From the NCBI GenBank assembly GCA_963666565.1, contig OY762911.1, positions 3,072,001 through 3,136,000 on the forward strand: a stretch of DNA of 64,000 nt. Direction: 5' to 3'. The translations under genes were made by a program, and so were the position numbers. Shown piece after piece: positions 54,033 through 61,803 of this stretch. Position 1 is the first letter of the stretch; each line of letters starts with the position of its first letter. This DNA is from Thermoanaerobaculia bacterium. GTDB taxonomy: Bacteria > Acidobacteriota > Thermoanaerobaculia > Multivoradales > Multivoraceae. A model generated the notes under the pieces. The model was not told the origin of the DNA. It saw only the letters and a list, made by a program, of their open reading frames with translations, and ran no database searches.

Positions 54033-54284
54033 ATGGCGAAGCGAGCGGTCCGGGTCACGGCGTACGCGGCGTTGCCGGCGCTGTACCTGCTGCACAACGA
54101 TCTTTGGCTCTGGGACGACCCGGGCCGATTCCTGGGTCTGCCGGTCGGGTTGTCGTACCACGTCCTGTTCTCGGCGGCGGTGGTGCTCGCCATGTGGCGG
54201 CTGGTGCGCGTCGCCTGGCCGGGCGACACGCTCGCCGAGCTGGCGGGGTCTCCTGACGACGGCGGCGCGGAGGGCGCGGAGTGA
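54033..54284 (+). CDS. Small two-TM membrane protein (DUF3311-like symporter partner)
   Basis: LYLLHNDLWLWDDPGRFLGLPVGLSYH; GTGA overlap with the symporter. Confidence 0.8.
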   Translation: MAKRAVRVTAYAALPALYLLHNDLWLWDDPGRFLGLPVGLSYHVLFSAAVVLAMWRLVRVAWPGDTLAELAGSPDDGGAEGAE

Positions 54285-55747
54285 CGCTCGCGGTCATCTT
54301 CGCCTACCTCGCGGCGGTGCTGTCGATCGGGGTCTGGAGCAACCGGCGCCTGGCCGCGACAGGCGAGGACTTCTTCGTCGCCGGCCGGACGATCGGGCCG
54401 TTCGTCCTCCTGATGACGCTGTTCGGTACCCACATGACGTCCTTCGCGCTGCTCGGCGCCTCGGCGGAGTCGTACCGCGTCGGCATCGGCGTCTTCTCGC
54501 TGATGGCGTCGTCATCGGCGCTGATGGTGCCGGTCGTCTTCTTCTTCGTCGGCACGCGGGTATGGGCGGTGGGGCGGCGACTGGGGCTGCTGACCCAGGT
54601 TCAGTTCGTTCGCGCCCGCTGGGGTTCCGACGGCGTGGGCCTGCTGCTGTTCGTCGTGCTCGTCCTCCTGCTGCTGCCGTACCTGCTGATCGGCGTGATG
54701 GGCGGCGGCGTGGTCCTCGGCCAGATCACGGACGGGGCGGCGCCGTCGTGGCTCGGCAGCCTGCTCGTGTCGGGAGTCGTCATCGGCTACGTGACGAGCG
54801 GGGGGCTGCGCGGCACCGCCTGGGTCAACACGTTCCAGACCGCGATGTTCATGCTGCTCGGGGCGGTGACGGCGGTGCTGATCGTGACGAAACTGGGCGG
54901 CGTGGGCGCGGCGCTCGACCGGGTCGCGGAGAGCCGGCCGGAGCTGCTGGTGCGGGGCGACGCGATCCACCCGCTGCGGCTTCTCAGCTACACCCTGATC
55001 CCGCTGTCGGTGGGGACCTTCCCGCACATCTTCGCGCACTGGCTGTCGGCGAAGCGGGCGGCCACCTTCAAGGCGCCGATCGTCCTGTATCCGGTCTGCA
55101 TCGCGGCGGTCTGGATTCCCAGCGTGCTCCTCGGGCTGTTCGGGAACATCGACTTTCCGGGGCTCGACGGCGCGGAGTCGAACGCGGTCCTCGTCCGGAT
55201 GATCGCGCTCTACGCGCCCGAACTGCTCGCGGGCCTGCTGGGCGCCGGCGTGTTCGCGGCCATCATGTCGTCGCTCGACTCGCAGTCGCTTTCCCTGGGC
55301 GCGATGTTCACGCAGGACATCGTGCGGCACTACCGCTGGGGCGGCGACCTGAGCGAGGCGCGGCAGGTGCGCCTGGGCCGGCTGTTCGTCGTCGGCGTCG
55401 TGGCGGCGGTGTTCGTGCTGTCGCTGGTTGCCGAGCGCAGCATCTTCGCGCTCTCGGTGTGGTCGTTCACGGGGTTCGCGTCGCTGCTGCCGGTGGTGGT
55501 GGCCGCGCTTTACTGGCGCCGCAGCACGGCGGCGGGAGCGGGCGCGGCCATCCTCGCGACGATCGCCCTGTGGACCTGGTTCTTCCTGCGCGGAATCGGC
55601 GATCCGGACTACAGCGTCGGCGGCACGGGCGTCATGCCTGTCGCCGTGGTGTTCGCGGGTTCCGCCGCGGCGATGATCGTCGTCTCCCTCCTGACCAGGC
55701 CGCCCGTTACCGAGCGGGTGGAGCGCTTTGTCGGGCAGCCCCGATGA
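54281..55747 (+). CDS. Sodium:solute symporter family protein
   Basis: EDFFVAGRTIGP, YVTSGGLRGTAWVNTFQ, FAAIMSSLDSQ; about 13 TM helices. Confidence 0.93.
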   Translation: MTLAVIFAYLAAVLSIGVWSNRRLAATGEDFFVAGRTIGPFVLLMTLFGTHMTSFALLGASAESYRVGIGVFSLMASSSALMVPVVFFFVGTRVWAVGRRLGLLTQVQFVRARWGSDGVGLLLFVVLVLLLLPYLLIGVMGGGVVLGQITDGAAPSWLGSLLVSGVVIGYVTSGGLRGTAWVNTFQTAMFMLLGAVTAVLIVTKLGGVGAALDRVAESRPELLVRGDAIHPLRLLSYTLIPLSVGTFPHIFAHWLSAKRAATFKAPIVLYPVCIAAVWIPSVLLGLFGNIDFPGLDGAESNAVLVRMIALYAPELLAGLLGAGVFAAIMSSLDSQSLSLGAMFTQDIVRHYRWGGDLSEARQVRLGRLFVVGVVAAVFVLSLVAERSIFALSVWSFTGFASLLPVVVAALYWRRSTAAGAGAAILATIALWTWFFLRGIGDPDYSVGGTGVMPVAVVFAGSAAAMIVVSLLTRPPVTERVERFVGQPR

Positions 55748-55760
55748 CTCGCGCGCGGAC

Positions 55761-57143
55761 ATGTCCACGCACGGCGCGGGACGCGCCGCACGGGTGCATC
55801 CCGTGACCGCTACCGACCAGCCGTTGCGCATCGCCTACCTGGCGGCGGGCGCCGGCGGCATGATCTGCGGGAGCTGCATCCACGACAACGCGCTGGTCCG
55901 CGAACTCCAGCGGCGGGGGCACAACGCGCTGCTGCTGCCCATCTACACGCCGCTGCGGACCGACGAGGAGAACGTGAGCTACGGCCGCATCTTCTACGGC
56001 GCGGTCAACATCTACCTGGAGCAGAAGGTGCCGCTGTGGAGCCGGGCGCCGGCGGCGGTCCGCCGATTGCTCGACAGCCCGCGGCTGCTCGCCCGGGTCA
56101 CCCGGTCGGCGTCTGCGACCGACGCCAACCAGCTCGGCGAGCTCGCGCTGTCCATGGTGCGGGGCGAGGAGGGGCGTCAACTGGCGGAACTCAAGGGCCT
56201 GGCGACGTGGCTGGCCGGCGAGTTCCGGCCGGACGTGGTCCACCTGACGAACTCGATGCTCGTGGGCATGGCCCACTGGCTGCGCGAGGCGCTCCCGGAG
56301 ACGCTGATCGTCTGCGGCCTTCAGGGCGAGGACATCTTCCTCGAGGACCTGGACGAACCCCACAAGTCCCTGGTGGTCGAGGAGATGCGGAAGCGGGTGC
56401 GCGAGGCCGACGTGCTGGTCGCGCCGAACGACTACTACGCTGCGACGATGGCGGAACTGCTGGAACTGCCGCGAGCGGACATCGACGTGGCGCGGCTCGG
56501 CATCGAACTGGAAGGGCACGGGGGCCGCGAGGCGGAGCCTCCCGAGTCGCCCCTCGTCATCGGCTACCTGGCGCGGATGTGCCCCGAGAAGGGGTTCCAC
56601 CTCGCCGCCGAGGCGTTCCGGGAACTGAGCGAGCGTCTGGGGCCGGGCCGCGTCCGCTTCCGCGCCGCCGGCTACCTCGGCGGCCGCGACGAGGCGTACT
56701 TCGAGGAGCAGCGGCGGCGAATCGCCGGCTGGGGCCTCGAACCGCACTTCGACTGGCTGGGCGAGGTCTCCCGCGAGGAGAAGATCGAGCTGCTGTGCAG
56801 CCTGCACGCGCTCGTGCTGCCGACCGTCTACCGCGAGGCGAAGGGCCTGCCGGCGCTCGAGGCGATGGCGAACGGCGTCCCCGCCGTGCTGCCCGACCAC
56901 GGCTCGTTCCCCGAGATGCTGGAACGGACCGGCGGCGGCACGCTGGTGCCGGCCGGCGACCCGTCGGCCCTGGCCGACGCCGTCGAGCAGTTGGCCGGCG
57001 ACGCGGAGCGCAGGCGCCACCTCGGCCGCTCGGGAAAGGACGGCGTCCGCCGCCACTACTCCGCCGAACTGATGGCGGCGGACACGCTGGCCGCCTACCG
57101 GCGGGGAATCGAGCGCCGCCCACCGGGTGCGCGGGTCTTCTGA
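55761..57143 (+). CDS. Glycosyltransferase family 4 protein
   Basis: LRIAYLAAG, RPDVVHL, IGYLARMCPEKG, YREAKGLPALEAMANGVP (EX7E). Start 55761 or 55803. Confidence 0.92.
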   Translation: MSTHGAGRAARVHPVTATDQPLRIAYLAAGAGGMICGSCIHDNALVRELQRRGHNALLLPIYTPLRTDEENVSYGRIFYGAVNIYLEQKVPLWSRAPAAVRRLLDSPRLLARVTRSASATDANQLGELALSMVRGEEGRQLAELKGLATWLAGEFRPDVVHLTNSMLVGMAHWLREALPETLIVCGLQGEDIFLEDLDEPHKSLVVEEMRKRVREADVLVAPNDYYAATMAELLELPRADIDVARLGIELEGHGGREAEPPESPLVIGYLARMCPEKGFHLAAEAFRELSERLGPGRVRFRAAGYLGGRDEAYFEEQRRRIAGWGLEPHFDWLGEVSREEKIELLCSLHALVLPTVYREAKGLPALEAMANGVPAVLPDHGSFPEMLERTGGGTLVPAGDPSALADAVEQLAGDAERRRHLGRSGKDGVRRHYSAELMAADTLAAYRRGIERRPPGARVF

Positions 57144-57250
57144 CCCGCTGCCGCCAAAGGCGGCCAGGAACCGGGTGCGCGGGTCTTCCGACCCGCCGCC
57201 GCCAAAGGCGGCCAGGAACCGGGTGCGCGGGTCTTCCGACCCGCTGCCGC
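57123..57250 (-). repeat. Three tandem REP units, 48-bp period
   Basis: CCGGGTGCGCGGGTCTTCYGACCCGC at 57123, 57171 and 57219 with near-identical linkers; the GT4 stop codon lies in the first copy. Confidence 0.95.
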
Positions 57251-57266
57251 GCTAGCATCGTCCCGT

Positions 57267-57980
57267 ATGACTGAATCCCTTCGCTTCGAACGGGTCGCGA
57301 AGTCCTACCCGACGGAAGCCGGCGCCGTCGAGGTTCTGCGCGGAATCTCGTTCCGCCTGGAAGCGGGCGAAGCGATGGCGGTCACCGGACCGTCCGGCAG
57401 CGGCAAGAGCACGCTGCTGCACCTCGCGGCGACGCTGGAGACGCCGACCGCGGGCAGCATCCGCATCGGCGGCGAGGCCGCTCACGATTTGCCGGAACGG
57501 GAACTGGCGGCGTTCAGGAGCCGGCGCGTGGGCCTGGTGTTCCAGGATCACTACCTGCTGCCGCAGTACACGATGCTCCAGAACGTGCTGCTGCCGACGG
57601 TGGCGGCCGGCAACGGCCGGGACGAGGGCGACGCGGAAGAGCGGGCGCGCGCCCTGCTGGAGCGCGTCGGCCTCGGCGCCCGCGTCGATCACCGGCCGGC
57701 GCAGTTATCGGGTGGCGAGCGGCAGCGGGCCGCGATCGTGCGGGCGGTGATCAACCGGCCGAGCCTGCTCCTGTGCGACGAGCCGACCGGCAACCTGGAC
57801 GCGGAGACGGCGGGCGCCGTGGCCGACCTGCTGCTCGAACTCCACGGCGAGGAAGAGAGCGCCCTGATCGTCGTCACGCACAGCCTGGAACTGGCGTCCC
57901 GGTTGCCGAGGCGGCTGGAGTTGCGCAGCGGCCTGCTGGATGAGGCGACGCCGGTCCCGCTGCCGGCGGCGGGAGACTGA
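57267..57980 (+). CDS. ABC transporter ATP-binding protein (LolD/MacB-like)
   Basis: GPSGSGKST, VFQDHYLLP, LSGGERQR, CDEPTGNLD, VTH. Confidence 0.95.
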   Translation: MTESLRFERVAKSYPTEAGAVEVLRGISFRLEAGEAMAVTGPSGSGKSTLLHLAATLETPTAGSIRIGGEAAHDLPERELAAFRSRRVGLVFQDHYLLPQYTMLQNVLLPTVAAGNGRDEGDAEERARALLERVGLGARVDHRPAQLSGGERQRAAIVRAVINRPSLLLCDEPTGNLDAETAGAVADLLLELHGEEESALIVVTHSLELASRLPRRLELRSGLLDEATPVPLPAAGD

Positions 57981-58106
57981 TGCCGTGGCGGTGGTAAGCC
58001 CCGGGGGGCCCCTGCCCAGCCTGAGCCGCAGCCGGCGGCAGCCGGCGGCGGGAGACTGAGGCCATGGCTGCCGCGCGCCCCGGCGGGCCCCTGCCCAGCC
58101 TGCGCC
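57962..58106 (+). repeat. Diverged 79-bp tandem duplication of the ATPase-permease junction
   Basis: GCCGGCGGCGGGAGACTGA at 57962 and 58041; GGGCCCCTGCCCAGCCTG at 58006 and 58085. Confidence 0.85.
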
Positions 58107-61100
58107 ACTACTGGCGCGCGAACGTCGCCGTCGTGCTGACCGCGGCGGTCGCGGCCTCCGTGCTGACCGGCGCGCTGATGGTCGGCGATTCGGTGCGCGG
58201 CAGTCTGCGCGATCTGACTCTGGACCGGCTGGGCGGTATCGATCACGCGCTGCTCGGCGCCGGCTTCTTCCGCGAGGATCTGCGGGACGAACTGGCCGCC
58301 GACGAGGAGTTCGCCGCCCGCTTCGGCCCGGTGTCGGCCGCGATCCTGATGCAGGGCAGCGTGGTGGAACCCGAGAGCGGCCGCCGCGCCGCCCGCGTCA
58401 ATGTGCAGGGGATCGACGCCGGGTTCGTCGCCTTTTTCCCGGACGCGGCGGCAGGGCTCGACCTTTCCCGCCGCGAGGGCCAGTTCTTTGCGTCGCTGGC
58501 CGTCAACCGGTCGTTGGCCGAAGCGCTCGCGGTCGAAGCCGGCGACTCCGTCGTGCTCTACCTGGAGCGGCCCAGCGAGGCGCCGCGGGCCAGCCTGATG
58601 GGGGAGAAGGACCCGGAGGACCAGTTGGAGAGCGTGCGGCTGAGCGTCTCCTCCGTCCTCGACGACGAGGGCCCCGGACGCTTCCAGTTGGCGCCCCACC
58701 AGAGCCAGCCGCTGGTCGGCTACGTGCGGCTGCGCGACCTGCAGCGGGAGCTGGACCGGCGCGGCATGGCGAACGCGCTGCTCGTGGGCGAGCGCGCCGC
58801 GGCCGGCAGCGGGGTTGCCGCCGATCCCGACTCGGCGGCGCTGGACCTCGAACGGCGGATCCGCTCCCACGCCGAGGCCGGGGACTTCAGCCTGGCGTTC
58901 GACGGCGCGGAGGATCACCTCCGGGTGACGACCTCGCAGATCGTCTTCAGCGAGGAACTCGCCGGGGCGGTGGAGGCGCTGGCGCGGGACCGGGGCGCGG
59001 AGGCGGTCGGCGTATCCACCTACCTGGCCAACCGGACCGCGGCGGAGAACGGCGGCGCCGCGCCGTACTCGACGATCGCCGCGCTCGACACGGGCCGGGC
59101 CGGGGAACTCGGCGCGCTGCGGCTTGCGGCCGGTGCGCCCGCGCCGGCGCTCGGGCCGGGCGAGGCCCTGGTCAACACGTTCCTGGCGGAGGACCTCGGC
59201 GTCGGCGCCGGCGACCGGCTCTCCATCGACTACTTCGTCGTCGGGGATCGGGAGCAACTGGTCGAGCGGACGGTCGAGGCCACCGTGGCCGGCGTCGTCG
59301 AGATGACCGGCTGGGCCGCCGACCGGAGCATGACGCCGGACTTTCCCGGCGTCGCCGACGCCGACAACATGAGCGACTGGGACCCGACCTTCCCGGTGGA
59401 TCTGAGCCGCATCCGCGACCGGGACGAGGCGTACTGGGACGAATACCGCGGAACGCCGAAGCTGTTCGTCGACCTCGACTTCGGCGCCGGGCTCTGGTCC
59501 AGCCGCTTCGGGCATCTGACCTCGTTCCGGCTGCTGCCCGGCGACGGCGCCTCGCCGGACGAACTCGGCGCCGTCCTCGAGGCCGAGGCGCCGGCGCGCA
59601 TCGCGCTCCACGCGGCGGGGCTGGCGGTCGAGCCGGTCAAGGCCACGGGGCTGCGGGGCGCCACCGGCGCGACCGACTTCGGGGGCCTGTTCGTCGGCTT
59701 CAGCCTGTTCCTGATCGTCTCGGCGGCGCTGCTGGTGGGCCTGTTCTTCCGGCTCGGCACGGAGAGCCGCGCCAACGAGATGGGCCTGTTGCTGGCGCTC
59801 GGCCACGGCGTCCGGCGGGTGCGGCGGCGCTTCCTGCTGGAGGGCGCGCTGCTCGGCGGGGCGGGCGTGCTGCTCGGCCTGGGCGGGGCGGTGCTCTACG
59901 CCGGCGCGATGATGGCCGCGCTCCGTACGCTGTGGCGCTCGGCCGTCGGGTCGAGCCATCTCTACCTCCACGTCGAGCCGCTGACGCTGGCGCTGGGCGG
60001 CGCCGGCTCGCTGCTCGTCGTGCTGTTCGCCGTGCGGGGCGCCGTCGGCCGGCTGGCCGGGGTTTCGCCAATCCGGCTGCTGCGGGGAGAGACGGTGGAA
60101 CAGCCGGCGGCCGTCGCCGCGCCGCGGCCGCGGGCGCGCTGGACCGGCATCGTCGCCGGCGCTCTGGCGTTGGCCCTGCTCGGCGGGTCGGCCGCCGCGC
60201 CGGCGTCGGCGGCGGCCTACCTGTTCTTCTCGGGCGGCGCCTGCCTGTTGGTCGCCGGGCTCGCCGCCTTCGTCCTGTGGCTGCGGCGCCGTCCGGAGGC
60301 GCCGCTTCGCGGCTGGTCGCTGCGCGCCGGATCGAGCATGGCGGCGGCCAACGCGTCGCTCAACCCGGGGCGGAGCCTGCTCTGCGCGGCGCTCGTGGCG
60401 AGCGCGTCGTTCGTCATCGTGGCCGTCGGCGCCTACGGCCTCCGGTTCGGGGAGGAGACGAGGGATCTGGACTCGGGCGCGGGCGGCTTCGACCTGGTCG
60501 CCGAGTCCGACGTCTCGATCCTCGCCGACATGACCAGCGTGGACGGCCGCTACGAACTCGGGTTCGGCAGGGACGCTTCGGATCTCGTCGGACGGAGCGA
60601 GATCGTCGCCTTCCGCACGGTGCCGGGCGACGACATCAGTTGCCTGAACCTGTTCCAGCCGGAGAGGCCGCGGCTGCTCGGCGCGCCGCCGGAGTTCGTC
60701 GAGCGCGGGGGCTTCCGCTTCCAGTCGGTGGTCGACGTGGCGGGAGAGGAGGCGTTGGGGCGCGAAGACGCGCCGCCGGCGTCGCGGCCGGACCGCCCAT
60801 CATCGGGCGATCCCGGGACGCCCTGGCGGTTGCTGGAACAGGACCTCGGTCCGGGCGTGGTACCCGCGATCGGCGACTTCAACTCGGTCATGTGGATCCT
60901 GCACTCGGGGCTGGGCCAGGGGATCGAGGTGGAGACGGAGCGCGGCGAGACGATCGAGCTGCGGCTCGTCGGGCTCCTGCGCAAGAGCGTGTTCCAGAGC
61001 GAACTCGTGATCTCCGAGGCGAACCTGGCGCGGCACTTCCCGAGCCGGACGGGGGCGTCGTACTTCCTGCTGCGAACCGAGCCGGACGAGCAGGACCGGA

Positions 61101-61573
61101 CGATGCAGGAGCTGGAGCGGACGCTCTCGGGCTTCGGCTTCGACGCGGTACCCACCGCTCAGCGGCTGCAGGCATTCCAGGCGGTCGAGAACACCTACCT
61201 CGGCACCTTCCAGACCCTGGGCGGCCTCGGGCTGCTGCTCGGCACGCTGGGGCTCTCGGTGGTGCTGCTGCGGAACCTGCTGGAGCGGCGCGGCGAACTG
61301 GCGACGATGCAGGCGATCGGCTTCTGGCGGCGCGCCCTGGCCTGGCTGGTGGTCGCCGAGAACAGCCTGCTGCTGGCGGCCGGCGTCGCGGTCGGGGCCG
61401 CGTCGGCGCTGGTCGCGGTGAGTCCGCATCTGCTTGGCGGCCATGCGCTCGTGCCGTGGCTGTCGCTGGCGCTTACCCTGCTGCTGGTGCTGGCGGCCGG
61501 CACCCTGGCGAGCCTCGCGGCGGTACGCCGCGTGACCCGCGAGGACCTTCTCCCCGCCCTCCGAGGCGGCTAA
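58064..61573 (+). CDS. Large MacB/FtsX-type ABC permease (tandem, 1169 aa)
   Basis: Two permease halves (ESRANEMGLLLALG; ERRGELATMQAIG) with large periplasmic domains; terminal LLPALRGG. Confidence 0.92.
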   Translation: MAAARPGGPLPSLRHYWRANVAVVLTAAVAASVLTGALMVGDSVRGSLRDLTLDRLGGIDHALLGAGFFREDLRDELAADEEFAARFGPVSAAILMQGSVVEPESGRRAARVNVQGIDAGFVAFFPDAAAGLDLSRREGQFFASLAVNRSLAEALAVEAGDSVVLYLERPSEAPRASLMGEKDPEDQLESVRLSVSSVLDDEGPGRFQLAPHQSQPLVGYVRLRDLQRELDRRGMANALLVGERAAAGSGVAADPDSAALDLERRIRSHAEAGDFSLAFDGAEDHLRVTTSQIVFSEELAGAVEALARDRGAEAVGVSTYLANRTAAENGGAAPYSTIAALDTGRAGELGALRLAAGAPAPALGPGEALVNTFLAEDLGVGAGDRLSIDYFVVGDREQLVERTVEATVAGVVEMTGWAADRSMTPDFPGVADADNMSDWDPTFPVDLSRIRDRDEAYWDEYRGTPKLFVDLDFGAGLWSSRFGHLTSFRLLPGDGASPDELGAVLEAEAPARIALHAAGLAVEPVKATGLRGATGATDFGGLFVGFSLFLIVSAALLVGLFFRLGTESRANEMGLLLALGHGVRRVRRRFLLEGALLGGAGVLLGLGGAVLYAGAMMAALRTLWRSAVGSSHLYLHVEPLTLALGGAGSLLVVLFAVRGAVGRLAGVSPIRLLRGETVEQPAAVAAPRPRARWTGIVAGALALALLGGSAAAPASAAAYLFFSGGACLLVAGLAAFVLWLRRRPEAPLRGWSLRAGSSMAAANASLNPGRSLLCAALVASASFVIVAVGAYGLRFGEETRDLDSGAGGFDLVAESDVSILADMTSVDGRYELGFGRDASDLVGRSEIVAFRTVPGDDISCLNLFQPERPRLLGAPPEFVERGGFRFQSVVDVAGEEALGREDAPPASRPDRPSSGDPGTPWRLLEQDLGPGVVPAIGDFNSVMWILHSGLGQGIEVETERGETIELRLVGLLRKSVFQSELVISEANLARHFPSRTGASYFLLRTEPDEQDRTMQELERTLSGFGFDAVPTAQRLQAFQAVENTYLGTFQTLGGLGLLLGTLGLSVVLLRNLLERRGELATMQAIGFWRRALAWLVVAENSLLLAAGVAVGAASALVAVSPHLLGGHALVPWLSLALTLLLVLAAGTLASLAAVRRVTREDLLPALRGG

Positions 61574-61580
61574 CTCTCCG

Positions 61581-61795
61581 CTGGGTGCGCGGGTCTTCCG
61601 ACCCGCCCCTGGGCGGCGCCGCGGAGCGGCGCAGCCCGGACAACACGGTCGCCGGCCAAGAGGCCGGCGACCGCACCGCGGCGAGGCGCCAGCCAGAGCG
61701 GAGCCGGCCTGCGGCCGGCGCGCCTTTTGCCGCCTTCGGCGGCAGCGGGTCAGAAGACCCGCGCACCCGGCGGGTCGGAGGACCCGCGCAGCCAG
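61581..61795. mobile_element. MITE/REPIN-like element: inverted REP doublet plus an extra REP
   Basis: Reverse REP at 61581-61606, forward REPs at 61745-61770 and 61770-61795; internal CGCGGAGCGGCG, CCGGA.AACA and CGCCGGCCA(A)GAGGCCGGCGAC are shared with the 18622 element. Confidence 0.7.
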
Positions 61796-61803
61796 TGGGC
61801 GGT

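Noticed and set aside
57123-57250. Possible mini-CRISPR (palindromic repeat x3)
   Set aside because: The intervening 22-bp linkers are near-identical rather than unique spacers, and the repeat is the dispersed REP.
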